From Sphingomonadales bacterium (GTDB lineage: Bacteria; Pseudomonadota; Alphaproteobacteria; Sphingomonadales; Sphingomonadaceae): 36,564 nt of DNA. The DNA lies in assembly GCA_038319335.1 (NCBI GenBank), contig JBBQDD010000001.1, positions 1 to 36,564 on the forward strand. The letters are read 5' to 3'. The translations under genes and the position numbers were made by a program. Every line of letters starts with the position of its first letter. The first letter of the stretch is position 1. Under the pieces are notes generated by a model. That model did not search any database and had not been told where the DNA came from. It saw nothing but the letters and a program-made list of their open reading frames with translations. Of the stretch, positions 10,297 to 20,751 are shown piece by piece.

Positions 10297-10814
10297 TGCG
10301 GCAATCGGCCCTGCTGCTCGCGCTCGCGCTGGCGTTGACCGGGTGCACGCTGCGGCCGCTTTATGCGGGCGGCAGCGGCGGCAAGGTCGCCTCGGTACTC
10401 GCGCAGGTGGAAATCGCCCCGATTGAGGGCCAGGCAGGGTATCTGGTCGGCAATGCGGTGCGCGACCGGCTGGCGGCAACACCGGGGTCAAAGCCGATGT
10501 ACCGGCTGGAGGTGCGGCTTGACGATCGGATCATCGGGCTGGGCGTGCGCCGCGATGATACTATCACGCGGGAGCGGCGGACGCTGCGGGCGCGCTATCA
10601 GCTGATCGATCTGGCGAATGGCGCGGTATTGCTCGATGCGACGGCTGGTTCTGATGCGGGCATCGACGTGGTCGGGTCAGAATATGCAACGATTGCCGGC
10701 GAGAATACGGCGCTGGAGCGGCTTTCTGCGATTGTCGCTGATCAGATCGTCGCACGTGTGGCGCTGTATGCTGAACGAACGAGTCCTGAACCGACCAGCC
10801 CCGGCGGACCGTGA
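10293..10814 (+). CDS. lptE: LptE-family lipoprotein
   Basis: Lipobox LTGC followed by TLRPLY, and leuS-lptE-holA synteny. Confidence 0.82.
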   Translation: MMRQSALLLALALALTGCTLRPLYAGGSGGKVASVLAQVEIAPIEGQAGYLVGNAVRDRLAATPGSKPMYRLEVRLDDRIIGLGVRRDDTITRERRTLRARYQLIDLANGAVLLDATAGSDAGIDVVGSEYATIAGENTALERLSAIVADQIVARVALYAERTSPEPTSPGGP

Positions 10815-11830
10815 AGGTCAACGCCAACCAGATGCGTCAGGCGCTGGATAGCGCGAACCCGGCGACCCGGCTTTACCTGCTCCACGGCCCCGATGAATCG
10901 GGCGCGCGCGACCTGGCGTTGCGCCTTGGCCGGGCAATGGGGCCCGATGTCGAGCGGATCGACCTGGATGGGGCCACGCTGAAGAGCGACCCGGGGCGAC
11001 TGGCGACCGAGGCGGCATCATTATCACTGTTTGGTGGTGCGCGTTACATCCGGTTGACTGGCTTGGGCGAGGACAGCCATGATGCGCTGGCGCTGCTGCT
11101 GTCGGCGGAGCAGGCTGGCAACCCGGTCGTGGCGATTGCGCCGGGGCTGAAGACATCGGGCAAGGTCGTGAAGCTGGTGATTGGGGCCAGCAATGCGCTG
11201 AGCTTTGCCTGCTATCCGCTGGATGCGGCCGATGCGGATCGGCTGGCGGTGGCAATCGCCAGCGAACACGGGCTGCGCACGACGGGCGGCACGGCATCGC
11301 GCCTGTTCGCGGCGGCGGGCGGGGACCGTGCGATTTTGACGCGGGAGATTGAAAAGCTGGCGCTGTATCTCGACGCTTCGCCGGAACGCCCGGCCATGCT
11401 GGATGACGATGCAATCGACGCCGTCGGGGCCGATGTTGGCGACGCCGAGATCGGCCGGGCGATCGAGGCAGCGATTGCGGGCGATTTGCCGACGTTGGGG
11501 GGCGAGTTGGCGCGCTTGGAAGAGGCTGGCGTATCCCTGATCCCGGTGTTGCGCGGGCTGGTACGGCGGTTGATGCTGTTGGCGGAGCTTCAGGCTGACG
11601 TGGCAGCGGGTGCATCGATCGGCAGCGTGATTGAAGGGCCCCGGGTGTTCTTCAAGGACAAGCCCGGCACCGGGCGCGCGCTGCGCCAATGGAATGCCGT
11701 GAAGCTCAGCGGGGCGATCGACTATATCCGCCAGGCAGAGCGCGCGACGATGAGTACGGCCACGGCGGGGCCGATATTAGCGGAAGCCGCCTGCATCACG
11801 GTGGCGCGCGCGGTGCAGCGCCAGCGCTGA
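10811..11830 (+). CDS. holA: DNA polymerase III delta subunit
   Basis: LYLLHGPD, SLFGG and EIEKLALY motifs, plus synteny. Confidence 0.92.
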   Translation: MKVNANQMRQALDSANPATRLYLLHGPDESGARDLALRLGRAMGPDVERIDLDGATLKSDPGRLATEAASLSLFGGARYIRLTGLGEDSHDALALLLSAEQAGNPVVAIAPGLKTSGKVVKLVIGASNALSFACYPLDAADADRLAVAIASEHGLRTTGGTASRLFAAAGGDRAILTREIEKLALYLDASPERPAMLDDDAIDAVGADVGDAEIGRAIEAAIAGDLPTLGGELARLEEAGVSLIPVLRGLVRRLMLLAELQADVAAGASIGSVIEGPRVFFKDKPGTGRALRQWNAVKLSGAIDYIRQAERATMSTATAGPILAEAACITVARAVQRQR

Positions 11831-11842
11831 TGGCTGCGTTGG

Positions 11843-12763
11843 TTAAAGCTGATCGCCGCTGAGCCGCTGGCAAATCATATCGAGCTGATCGAGCGTTGAA
11901 TAACCCAGCGTCAACGTGCCGCCCTTGGTGCTGAAGGCGATCCGCACCGACAGGCCGAGCAGATCAGCGAGCTGATTTTCGAGGGCGGCAATATCATGAT
12001 CAGGCCCCTGCCCGGCTGCCCGCTGCCCGCGCCCGGCATCCGGCTTTGCAGCGCGTGCGAGTTTTTCCGTTTCGCGCACCGATAACTGCCGGGCGATCAC
12101 GTCGCGCGCCAGTGCTTCGACATTGGCCGCGCCAATCATCGCGCGAGCATGGCCCATGGTGATCTGGCCTTCGACAACCATCGTCTGCACCGGCGCCGGC
12201 AATTCCAGCAAGCGCATCAGATTGGCGACATGGCTGCGCGATTTATGGACGATCTTGGCAAGCGCCTCCTGCGTATGGCCATAATCGCCGACCAGGCGCG
12301 CATAGGCCTCCGCTTCTTCGATGGCGTTCAGGTCCTGGCGTTGGATATTCTCGACGAGCGCGACTTCGAGCGTCTCCGCATCATCAAAGTCTCGAATGAT
12401 AACAGGGACTTCGTGGAGCCTTGCCCGCTGGGCCGCGCGCCAGCGGCGTTCGCCAGCGACAATCTGAAACCCCTTGCCGAACGGGCGGACGACGATGGGC
12501 TGAATCAGCCCGCGCGCGGCGATCGAATTTGCCAGCTCATCCAGCGCCGCCTCATCGAAACGACGGCGCGGCTGGCCGGGATGCGGAGAGAGCGAACCGA
12601 CCGGCAGCATGCGCAATCCCGGTCCGGGTGCGGCCCCTGGCGTTACCGGCTCCTCCCGCTGGATATCGCCCATCAACGCGCTGAGGCCTCGGCCCAGTCC
12701 GGGTCGGGCCTTGCGCAGGGCTGCAGTGGGGGCGGCGATAGGCGTAGGTGTGGTCTCGGTCAT
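11843..12763 (-). CDS. parB: Chromosome partitioning protein ParB
   Basis: GLGRGL N-terminal peptide, QPR, GERRWRA CTP-binding motif and HTH. Start set at ATG 12763, overlapping the parA stop. Confidence 0.96.
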   Translation of the reverse strand: MTETTPTPIAAPTAALRKARPGLGRGLSALMGDIQREEPVTPGAAPGPGLRMLPVGSLSPHPGQPRRRFDEAALDELANSIAARGLIQPIVVRPFGKGFQIVAGERRWRAAQRARLHEVPVIIRDFDDAETLEVALVENIQRQDLNAIEEAEAYARLVGDYGHTQEALAKIVHKSRSHVANLMRLLELPAPVQTMVVEGQITMGHARAMIGAANVEALARDVIARQLSVRETEKLARAAKPDAGRGQRAAGQGPDHDIAALENQLADLLGLSVRIAFSTKGGTLTLGYSTLDQLDMICQRLSGDQL

Positions 12764-13551
12764 GCGGCCTGGGCGCTTCTCGGCGTGGTCTTGGGTAAAC
12801 GGGCGATCAGTTCGCGCGCCAGGGCGATATATGCCTCGGAGCCCGGGCAACGATGATCATAGATCAGCGCGGGCAGGCCATGGCTTGGCGCTTCGGAGAG
12901 GCGGACGTTGCGCGGGATGACGGTGTCGAACACCACCTTCCCCAGCACCGCGCGCACATCGTCTGACACCTGCTCGGTCAGCCGGTTGCGGCGGTCATAC
13001 ATGGTCAGCGCCACCCCCAGGATCGACAGGCCGGGGTTGAAGCGGGTGCGGATACGCTCAACGGTGTTGAGCAGCTGGCTCAACCCCTCCAGCGCGAAAA
13101 ATTCGCACTGCAGCGGCACGAGCAACGAATCAGCGGCGACCATCGCGTTCATCGTCAGCAGGCCAAGCGAGGGCGGGCAATCGATCAACACCACGTCCCA
13201 GCGGTCGCCGGCGCGGGAAAACACCTTGTCGAGCCGGTGGGTGCGTTCATCAAACTCGACGAGCTCGATCTCCGCGCCGGAAAGGTCGGCTGTCGCTGGC
13301 ACAATATCGAGGTTGGGCACGCGCGTCGGGATATAACTCTCTTCCAGCGCGGCTTCACCGATCAGCAGGTCGTAGGATGACCGGTCTCGGTCGGCCCGGT
13401 TGATCCCCAGGCCCGTGGAGCAATTGCCCTGCGGATCCAGATCAATCAGCAGCACATGCATGCCCGTGGCAGCAAGTGCCGTGCCCAGATTGATCGCCGT
13501 CGTCGTCTTGCCGACACCGCCCTTCTGGTTCGCGATCGCAATGCACTTCAT
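12760..13551 (-). CDS. parA: Chromosome partitioning ATPase ParA/Soj
   Basis: Deviant Walker A NQKGGVGKTT, DLDPQGN and DCPPS motifs. Confidence 0.96.
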   Translation of the reverse strand: MKCIAIANQKGGVGKTTTAINLGTALAATGMHVLLIDLDPQGNCSTGLGINRADRDRSSYDLLIGEAALEESYIPTRVPNLDIVPATADLSGAEIELVEFDERTHRLDKVFSRAGDRWDVVLIDCPPSLGLLTMNAMVAADSLLVPLQCEFFALEGLSQLLNTVERIRTRFNPGLSILGVALTMYDRRNRLTEQVSDDVRAVLGKVVFDTVIPRNVRLSEAPSHGLPALIYDHRCPGSEAYIALARELIARLPKTTPRSAQAA

Positions 13552-14165
13552 CGGCGGGCAACACCCTTTGCAGTGATGATGAGCGACTCTGGGTCGGTAA
13601 TGCTCTGTTCCACGTGGAACGTCCCATGCCATGCCTGCCGCGCCAACGCCACTTCTTCCGCCGCGCGCGGGCCCTTTGGCAATATCCAGCGCGTCTTTGT
13701 TGTGGATAAATGGACGGCCGCCGCGAGCACAGCGGACAGCGGCCCCACCGCCCGCGCGGAAATTACCGCACCGGTGCCCTGATATTGCTCCGCCCGAGCG
13801 CAGACGACTTCTACCCGGTGGACCAAGCCAAGCGACGTCACGACGCCATCCAGAAAGGCAGCACGCTTCCGGCGAGGTTCGATCAGCACCATTGGCCAGT
13901 CAGTCAAGATGGCGACAACCAACCCGGGGAAACCCGCGCCAGTGCCAATATCAATCCAGCGGTCCTTGCCTGCATCCCCCGCAAGCCCAACCAATTGAGC
14001 CGAATCGACAATGTGCCGCGCCCATAGCGCCTCTGCGCTCGACGCCGATACGAGATTCTGATGGGGCATTTCTGCGCGCACCGCATCGGCAAACTCCGCG
14101 AGCAGCGTTTCACGTGAAACATCGAACCGCGCCCGTATCCACTCCCTTGCCTCATCCTCGGTCAC
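13548..14165 (-). CDS. rsmG: 16S rRNA m7G527 methyltransferase RsmG (GidB)
   Basis: [20 protein letters not shown] and SARA motifs. Confidence 0.95.
   Translation of the reverse strand: MTEDEAREWIRARFDVSRETLLAEFADAVRAEMPHQNLVSASSAEALWARHIVDSAQLVGLAGDAGKDRWIDIGTGAGFPGLVVAILTDWPMVLIEPRRKRAAFLDGVVTSLGLVHRVEVVCARAEQYQGTGAVISARAVGPLSAVLAAAVHLSTTKTRWILPKGPRAAEEVALARQAWHGTFHVEQSITDPESLIITAKGVARR
13606..13621. promoter_or_regulatory. parS site inside rsmG
   Basis: TGTTCCACGTGGAACG matches the TGTTNCACGTGAAACA consensus closely. Confidence 0.85.
13701..13709 (-). promoter_or_regulatory. Perfect DnaA box inside rsmG
   Basis: TGTGGATAA on the plus strand is TTATCCACA on the minus strand. Confidence 0.45.
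14106..14121. promoter_or_regulatory. parS site inside rsmG
   Basis: CGTTTCACGTGAAACA, 15/16 match to consensus. Confidence 0.92.
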
Positions 14166-16000
14166 GCAGCGCGCTTTCGCACATGGAGCAGGATCGCTGA
14201 GAGGCCCGCAGGCGTCACGCCCCTGACGCGCCCTGCGGCCGAAATTGACACCGGGCGGGCGGCACTAAGCCGCTCGACCATTTCCTTCGACAGCCCAGGG
14301 ATAGCCGCAAAGTCCAGGCTCGCTGGGATTGCGAGCGTGTCATCCCGCCGGATCGACGCAATTTCGGCCGTCTGTCGGTCAATATACGGCGCATAGCGTG
14401 CATCTTCTGCAATTTCGTTGACCAATGCAGCGTCATGCGCCGCCCTGATCCCCGGGGCGACGTGATCCATGTCTACGCCCGGAAACCGCAGCCAGTCGAA
14501 GCCGGAACGTTGCGCACCATCATCGACAACCCCGGCACCGCGTTCCATCACCAACCGCGACGGCAAGGTCGCTCGAAGGGCGGCCTCAATACGCCGGCGC
14601 GCCTCATCTCGCATGCTCAGCCGCTCCTGCCTTTCGGTGCTCAGGCATCCGGCTGCCCTGGCTATCGCCCCAAGCCGCGTCTCTGCATTGTCTGCGCGCA
14701 ACCGCAGCCGATACTCGGCGCGGGCGGTGAGCATTCGGTAAGGCTCCGTCACGCCCTGCAACACGAGATCGTCGATCATCACCCCCAGGTAACTGCTCGC
14801 CCGATCCAGGATAACCGGGTCCATCCCCAACGCGTGCGCCGCCGCGTTCAACCCCGCCAGCAGCCCCTGTCCAGCTGCCTCCTCATAGCCGGTCGTGCCA
14901 TTGATCTGCCCACAGCAATACAAGCCCTCCACCGCCTGCAGCGCCAAGCTCGGGTCCAGCGCACGGGGATCGATATAATCATACTCGACTGCATATCCCG
15001 GCGTCACGATCCGCGCCCGCTCCAGCCCCGCAATCGACGCGATCATCGCCGCCTGAATATCCACAGGCAATGATGTGGAAATGCCATTGGGATAGACCAG
15101 ATGATCATCAAGACCCTCTGGCTCGAGAAAGATCTGGTGCCCGTCGCGGTCACCGAAACGGTGGATTTTATCCTCGATCGACGGGCAATAGCGAGGGCCG
15201 GCCGCCCCGATCGCACCGGTAAACAGCGGCGATCGATCCAGCCCCGTGCGAATGATGGCGTGTGTTTGCGGGTTTGTCCGGGTAACGGCGCAGAAGAGCT
15301 GAGGCTGCTGGCGCGCCACTGTCATTGGCGACATCGTCCATGGCGCGGCATCGGATCGCTGCTCTTCCAGCCGCGCCCAGTCTATCGTGCGCCCATCGAG
15401 CCGTGGCGGCGTGCCCGTCTTCAGGCGCCCCATAGGCAGCCCCAGCGCACGCAATTGATCGCCCAATATCGTCGCTGCCTGTTCCCCCCAGCGGCCACCC
15501 ACATCGCGCTGGTCACCGCAAAACAGCCGTCCACCAAGAAAGGTGCCGGTGGCCAACACCACCGCACGTGACGTCATGACCCGACCGTCTGCCAGCCGAA
15601 TGCCGGTTACCTGCGCGTCACTGATGGTCAGCGACTCCGCCTCGCCACCAATGATCTCAAGGCCCGGCTGTGCGGCCAACATCCGTTGAATCGCCCGCGC
15701 ATAGAGCCGCCGATCGGCCTGCACGCGGGGCCCCTGCACCGCTGTGCCCTTGCTACGGTTGAGCATCCGGTAATGAATCCCCGCCGCATCGGTCGCGCGC
15801 GCGATCAGCCCGTCAAAGGCTTCCACTTCACGCACCAGATGCCCTTTGCCAAGGCCGCCGATCGCCGGATTGCATGACATTGCCCCGATCCGTTCGGGAT
15901 CGAAGCTGATCAATGCCGTGCGCGCACCGCGTCGCGCCGCTGCTGCTGCGGCTTCGGTGCCAGCATGGCCACCGCCGATGATGATGACATCAAAGTCCAT
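14162..16000 (-). CDS. mnmG: tRNA uridine 5-carboxymethylaminomethyl modification enzyme MnmG (GidA)
   Basis: [26 protein letters not shown] and [13 protein letters not shown] motifs. Confidence 0.98.
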   Translation of the reverse strand: MDFDVIIIGGGHAGTEAAAAAARRGARTALISFDPERIGAMSCNPAIGGLGKGHLVREVEAFDGLIARATDAAGIHYRMLNRSKGTAVQGPRVQADRRLYARAIQRMLAAQPGLEIIGGEAESLTISDAQVTGIRLADGRVMTSRAVVLATGTFLGGRLFCGDQRDVGGRWGEQAATILGDQLRALGLPMGRLKTGTPPRLDGRTIDWARLEEQRSDAAPWTMSPMTVARQQPQLFCAVTRTNPQTHAIIRTGLDRSPLFTGAIGAAGPRYCPSIEDKIHRFGDRDGHQIFLEPEGLDDHLVYPNGISTSLPVDIQAAMIASIAGLERARIVTPGYAVEYDYIDPRALDPSLALQAVEGLYCCGQINGTTGYEEAAGQGLLAGLNAAAHALGMDPVILDRASSYLGVMIDDLVLQGVTEPYRMLTARAEYRLRLRADNAETRLGAIARAAGCLSTERQERLSMRDEARRRIEAALRATLPSRLVMERGAGVVDDGAQRSGFDWLRFPGVDMDHVAPGIRAAHDAALVNEIAEDARYAPYIDRQTAEIASIRRDDTLAIPASLDFAAIPGLSKEMVERLSAARPVSISAAGRVRGVTPAGLSAILLHVRKRAA

Positions 16001-16007
16001 AGGTGTC

Positions 16008-16035
16008 CGCTATGCGGTGCAGGTCGCCAAGTCAA
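16008..16035 (-). promoter_or_regulatory. Putative sigma70 promoter of mnmG
   Basis: Minus-strand TTGACT (16030-16035) and a GCATAGC -10-like element a few bases before the ATG. Confidence 0.45.
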
Positions 16036-16052
16036 AAGCGTTTGGGGCGCAA

Positions 16053-16068
16053 CGTTCCACGTGGAACA
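16053..16068. promoter_or_regulatory. parS site between mnmE and mnmG
   Basis: CGTTCCACGTGGAACA directly abuts the mnmE stop codon. Confidence 0.88.
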
Positions 16069-17367
16069 TCATTTGCCGATGCAAAACTGCCCAAACAGGG
16101 CGTCGAGCATTGCCTCAACGTCAGTCGCACCGGTGATCTTGTCGAGCGCACGCCGCGCTACCCGCAGCTGCTCTGCGATGATCAGCAGGTCATCCTGCCC
16201 CGCAACGTCGCGCAGTGCATGATGGCAGTCGCCACACAGGGCACGCTGGCGTTGGTTTAACGCCAGCTGGTCTTCACGCGGCAATAACCCCCGCGCCAGC
16301 TCACCAATCCGGCGCCACAGCAAATCGATCCCCAAGCCGGATTTCGCTGAAACAGCCACCCGCCCGGCGGGCACTGTGCTGGCGCGGTCATCAAGATCCG
16401 CCCGGGGCCAAAGCCACAGAGCCGTCTGGGTTTGGTCCGGCGCATCGTCTCCCAGCCATAAAACGATATCCGCTATCGTCAGCGATTGCCGGGTCCGCTC
16501 TATCCCGATCGCCTCAACAGGATCGTCGGTCGCCATGGCGAGTCCCGCCGTGTCGGTGAGGATATAGGCAATACCATCCCTGATCACCGCAGCCTCGATC
16601 CGATCCCGAGTGGTCCCCGCGATGGAGGAGACGATCGATACATCGCGTTGGGCGAGCACATTGAGCAATGTCGATTTGCCGCTGTTGGGCGGCCCCGCCA
16701 GCACCACCGTAATGCCGTGATGCAGCCGCTCTACCGACAGTACCGCCAGCACCGCCGCCAGATCGTCCGCCAATTCTTCAACGGCAACCCTGATCATCGG
16801 CAGCGATGCTTCATCAACATCATCTTCATCAGCAAAGTCCAGCGCCGCCTCTACCAGTGCAGAGACCGCCAGCAGTCGCGCAGACCAACCCTGTACCGCC
16901 TGGCTGACCACTCCTTCCACCGCTGCAATCGCCGCGCGTCGCTGCCCCTCGGTTTGCGCGGTCAGCAAATCGCCCAGCCCCTCGGCTTCGGCCAGATCGA
17001 TCCGGCCCGATATCAGCGCACGCCGGGTAAATTCCCCCGCTTCGGCTGGCCTCAAGCCGGGCAGTTGCCCAAGCCGTGCTACCACCGCCGCAATGACCGC
17101 ACGACCACCATGAAGATGCAATTCAACGATGTCCTCCCCCGTCGCGCTTGCCGGTCCGGGAAAACAGATCACCAGCGCGCGATCGAGCACATCGCCGGTA
17201 CGGGGATCGCGCAAGGCACGAACTGAGGCTTGGCGCGGGAGTGCCAGCGGTCCCGCGAGGGCGCTCGCTGCCGCAAAGGCAGCCGGACCACTGATCCGCA
17301 TGATCGCGATCGCGGCGGGCGGCTGACCGCTGGCCACCGCGAAAATCGTGTCGTCCCCGGTCGCCAC
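16069..17367 (-). CDS. mnmE: tRNA modification GTPase MnmE (TrmE)
   Basis: DTIFA, GPPNSGKS, GTTRD, DTAG and C-terminal FCIGK. Confidence 0.97.
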   Translation of the reverse strand: MATGDDTIFAVASGQPPAAIAIMRISGPAAFAAASALAGPLALPRQASVRALRDPRTGDVLDRALVICFPGPASATGEDIVELHLHGGRAVIAAVVARLGQLPGLRPAEAGEFTRRALISGRIDLAEAEGLGDLLTAQTEGQRRAAIAAVEGVVSQAVQGWSARLLAVSALVEAALDFADEDDVDEASLPMIRVAVEELADDLAAVLAVLSVERLHHGITVVLAGPPNSGKSTLLNVLAQRDVSIVSSIAGTTRDRIEAAVIRDGIAYILTDTAGLAMATDDPVEAIGIERTRQSLTIADIVLWLGDDAPDQTQTALWLWPRADLDDRASTVPAGRVAVSAKSGLGIDLLWRRIGELARGLLPREDQLALNQRQRALCGDCHHALRDVAGQDDLLIIAEQLRVARRALDKITGATDVEAMLDALFGQFCIGK

Positions 17368-17371
17368 GAAC

Positions 17372-17605
17372 TCAGCCCTTGGGCTTCATTGATCCATCGA
17401 ACAACTGCCGCCAGAAATTCATGCCCGCCTCGCCCATCGGGGCCCAGCTGCGCATCACAGCCTCCAGCATTTCGGGCTTCACATGGCCGTCCATCGAATC
17501 GGTCAACGTCGCGATATATTTTTCATGGACCGGCGTGAAATCCGGCAGCCCCATCAGCCGCCGTGCTTCTTCAGGCGTGCATTCCACCTCGACATTGATC
17601 TTCAT
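17372..17605 (-). CDS. Small conserved protein (DUF6489-like)
   Basis: MKINVEVECTPEEARRLMGLPD signature recalled from alphaproteobacterial small proteins; ends 4 bp upstream of the mnmE start. Confidence 0.75.
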   Translation of the reverse strand: MKINVEVECTPEEARRLMGLPDFTPVHEKYIATLTDSMDGHVKPEMLEAVMRSWAPMGEAGMNFWRQLFDGSMKPKG

Positions 17606-17658
17606 CGGCCGGTTCAACTCCACTTGAGCAATGATTGGCTGCGCTGCATAACCACGCC

Positions 17659-18159
17659 ATGTATGCGCGCGATCAGGCCATTATCGCAACGCCCATCGGC
17701 GCGGTGCGGATCGTCGCGTCGGCCACCCAGCTAATGTCGCTGTCGATCGAAGACGGTACAAACCTGATTCCCGCCGTCTCACCGCTCCTGATAATGGCTG
17801 AACGCCAGCTAATTGAATGGTTTAACGGGAAACGGATCGCGTTTGATCTGCCGCTGGCACCGCTCAATACCGATCGGGGCAATGCACTGCGCAAGGGCAT
17901 GATCGACATCGGCTATGGCGCGACGACCAGTTACGGCGCGCTGGCGAGGGCGCTCAACTCCAGCCCCCGGGCGATCGGCCAGGCCTGTGCCCGCAACCCA
18001 TTCCCCATCATTGTCCCCTGCCACCGCGTTCTGGCGGCTGGGGGCGTGCTCGGTGCCTATTCCGGCGGCAATGGGCCAGTCACCAAAGCATGGCTGCTCG
18101 CGCATGAGCAACGCTTTGCCCCCGCCCCGGCCGGGCAGTTCGATTATGTGATGGCCTGA
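17659..18159 (+). CDS. ogt: Methylated-DNA--protein-cysteine methyltransferase
   Basis: YG...SYG.LA, RAIGQA and NPFPIIVPCHRV active site. Confidence 0.92.
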   Translation: MYARDQAIIATPIGAVRIVASATQLMSLSIEDGTNLIPAVSPLLIMAERQLIEWFNGKRIAFDLPLAPLNTDRGNALRKGMIDIGYGATTSYGALARALNSSPRAIGQACARNPFPIIVPCHRVLAAGGVLGAYSGGNGPVTKAWLLAHEQRFAPAPAGQFDYVMA

Positions 18160-18848
18160 ATCATTGGCTGCACAATGGGCTGCACATCGAACCAGCCTTC
18201 GTAAATCATCCGGCCCGCAACATAGATGATGATGATCAGCCCGATCCACGCAATCCACCGATAACGCTCGATATATTTGGCGATCACATTGGCCGCGACA
18301 CCCATCAACCCCACCGACAGGATCAGCCCGATCACCATGATGCCGGGGTGCTCGCGCGCGGCACCGGCTACCGCCAGCACGTTATCCAAGCTCATCGACA
18401 CATCGGCAGCAGCAACCGCCCAGGCAGCCGCTATGAAGCTTTTCGGGGGTTTGATGCCGCCCAGTTCATCCTCGGCTGATCCGGTTTGTGGCTGAAGTTC
18501 GCGGTACATTTTCCACGCGACCCACAGCAACAGCAGCCCCCCGCCGAACACCAGGCCATATTGCTTGAAGCTTTCCAGCCCATAGAGCACCGCAACCGCA
18601 AAAACGATCCGCAGCACCAGCGCGGCCAATATGCCGATCGCGATCACTTGCTTGCGCTGTGCCGCCGGCAATCCTGCGGCCAGGGCGCCAACGATGATGG
18701 CGTTGTCCCCCGCCAGCGCCACATCGAGCAGCACCACCGTGGCAAATGCCGTCAGCGCCGACAAAGTACCGATATTCGCGAAATCAGCCAGAATGTGATT
18801 CCACAAATAGCTCATCGACATCGGTTCAGCAGCAAGCAAGGCCCACAT
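18144..18848 (-). CDS. TerC/YjbE family membrane protein (start uncertain)
   Basis: LAGDNA and DVSMSLDNVLAVAG motifs with multiple transmembrane segments. Confidence 0.9.
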   Translation of the reverse strand: MWALLAAEPMSMSYLWNHILADFANIGTLSALTAFATVVLLDVALAGDNAIIVGALAAGLPAAQRKQVIAIGILAALVLRIVFAVAVLYGLESFKQYGLVFGGGLLLLWVAWKMYRELQPQTGSAEDELGGIKPPKSFIAAAWAVAAADVSMSLDNVLAVAGAAREHPGIMVIGLILSVGLMGVAANVIAKYIERYRWIAWIGLIIIIYVAGRMIYEGWFDVQPIVQPMIQAIT

Positions 18849-18878
18849 TGGCGATCCTCCGGCGGGTGACCCTGGGGC

Positions 18879-20135
18879 CTATTGGTTCATCGAATCGAAG
18901 AAGTCTTCGTTGGTCTTGGAATCCTTCATCTTGTCGAGCAGGAATTCCATGGCGTCGATGGTGCCCATTTGCATCAGGATCCGGCGCAGCACCCACATTT
19001 TCGACAGCTTGCCCTTGTCGACCAGCAATTCTTCCTTGCGCGTACCCGATTTGCCGACATCCATCGCCGGGAAGATACGCTTGTCGGAAACCTTGCGGTC
19101 CAGCACGATTTCGGAATTGCCGGTGCCCTTGAACTCTTCGAAAATCACTTCGTCCATCCGGCTGCCGGTATCGATCAGCGCCGTCGCGATGATCGACAGC
19201 GACCCGCCTTCCTCGATATTGCGCGCGGCACCAAAGAATCGCTTCGGCCGCTGCAGCGCATTGGCATCCACACCGCCCGTCAGCACCTTGCCGGAGCTCG
19301 GCACGACAGTGTTGTACGCACGACCAAGCCGCGTGATCGAATCGAGCAGGATGACGACATCCTTCTTGTGTTCAACCAGGCGCTTGGCCTTTTCGATCAC
19401 CATTTCGGCGACCTGTACGTGGCGCTGTGCTGGTTCGTCGAAGGTAGAGGAGATCACCTCGCCCTTCACCGATCGCTGCATGTCGGTCACTTCCTCGGGC
19501 CGCTCATCGATCAGCAGCACGATCAGGAACACTTCGGGGTGATTATCCGTAATCGCGCGCGCAATGTTCTGCAGCAGCATCGTCTTGCCGACGCGGGGCG
19601 GTGCGACGATCAGCGCGCGCTGACCCTTGCCCTGCGGCGCGACAATGTCGATCACGCGGGCTGATTTGTCCTTCACTGTCGGATCGAACGGATCGAGCGT
19701 CAGCTTCTCATCAGGATAAAGCGGCGTCAGATTGTCGAAATTCACGCGGTGGCGGACGACATCCGGATCATCGAAATTAACCGATGTCAGCCGCACCAGC
19801 GCAAAATAGCGCTCGCCGTCCTTGGGGCCGCGAATCTCGCCTTCCACGGTATCGCCGGTACGCAAGCCGAACTTACGAACCTGGTTGGGCGAGATGTAGA
19901 TGTCGTCAGGCCCGGCAAGATAATTCGCTTCGGGGCTACGCAGGAAACCAAAGCCGTCGGGCAGCACTTCAATCGTACCCAGCCCCATGATCTGCTCGCC
20001 ATTTTCGGCCTGAATTTTCAGGATCGCGAACATCAGATCCTGCTTGCGCAGCGTCGATGCGCTTTCGATCCCCAGCGATTCAGCCATTTCGACCAGCTCA
20101 GCCGGTTTTTTCTTTTTCAGGTCTGCAAGATGCAT
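18879..20135 (-). CDS. rho: Transcription termination factor Rho
   Basis: [30 protein letters not shown] and SGTRKEELL motifs. Confidence 0.98.
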   Translation of the reverse strand: MHLADLKKKKPAELVEMAESLGIESASTLRKQDLMFAILKIQAENGEQIMGLGTIEVLPDGFGFLRSPEANYLAGPDDIYISPNQVRKFGLRTGDTVEGEIRGPKDGERYFALVRLTSVNFDDPDVVRHRVNFDNLTPLYPDEKLTLDPFDPTVKDKSARVIDIVAPQGKGQRALIVAPPRVGKTMLLQNIARAITDNHPEVFLIVLLIDERPEEVTDMQRSVKGEVISSTFDEPAQRHVQVAEMVIEKAKRLVEHKKDVVILLDSITRLGRAYNTVVPSSGKVLTGGVDANALQRPKRFFGAARNIEEGGSLSIIATALIDTGSRMDEVIFEEFKGTGNSEIVLDRKVSDKRIFPAMDVGKSGTRKEELLVDKGKLSKMWVLRRILMQMGTIDAMEFLLDKMKDSKTNEDFFDSMNQ

Positions 20136-20256
20136 GGGCACGATCCGGTCGTAACAGTTTTATGGAAAAAAGCGTCAGTCTGCGAAAGGGTTACGCGACG
20201 ATGCTGAAAGGGGAGGGTCGCCGCGCAGCGTATCACTGCGCGAGGAGATTGGCCAC

Positions 20257-20285
20257 GAATTACGGGCCACCCGGAACGAAGTCAA
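20257..20285 (-). promoter_or_regulatory. Putative sigma70 promoter of rho
   Basis: Minus-strand TTGACT-N17-TAATTC in the hemJ-rho gap. Confidence 0.5.
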
Positions 20286-20292
20286 GCAAGCT

Positions 20293-20751
20293 TCAAAAAG
20301 GCTGGACGATCGCCAACACCACGATCAGCGCCGCCGAAACGCCCGGCACCTCGTTCAGCAAGCGGAGCTGCCGCCCGGTCAGCGATTGCACGCCGTTGGC
20401 AAGCTTCTTGGAATACGCACTGATATAGCCGTGATACCCGCTCAGCCCCAGCACAAGCAGCAATTTGATATGAAGCCACCCAAGCCCCACCGCGCCATTG
20501 AACAGCCCGAGATGGGCAGCCAGCGCCAGGCCCAGCACCCACACGATCACCAGTGACGGCGTCAGGATGATCGATCGCAGCTTGTGTTCACGGTCAACCC
20601 AGACGGCGGCTTCGGCAGAACCCTTTTGCGCTTCCTGATGATAGACCAGGAACCGGGGCAGCATGAACAATCCCGCCATCCAGAAGATGACGAAAATCAA
20701 ATGCGCTGCCTTCACCCATAAATAGGCATTGCCGAGCCATCCCATCATCAT
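20293..20751 (-). CDS. hemJ: Protoporphyrinogen oxidase HemJ
   Basis: YLWVKAAHLIFVIFWMAGLF.LPR...YH, WLHIKL and NEVP motifs; downstream of hemE. Confidence 0.9.
   Translation of the reverse strand: MMMGWLGNAYLWVKAAHLIFVIFWMAGLFMLPRFLVYHQEAQKGSAEAAVWVDREHKLRSIILTPSLVIVWVLGLALAAHLGLFNGAVGLGWLHIKLLLVLGLSGYHGYISAYSKKLANGVQSLTGRQLRLLNEVPGVSAALIVVLAIVQPF

Noticed and set aside
18849-18878. Possible yybP-ykoY Mn riboswitch upstream of the TerC gene
   Set aside because: Only about 30 bp separate rho from terC, leaving no room and no motif.
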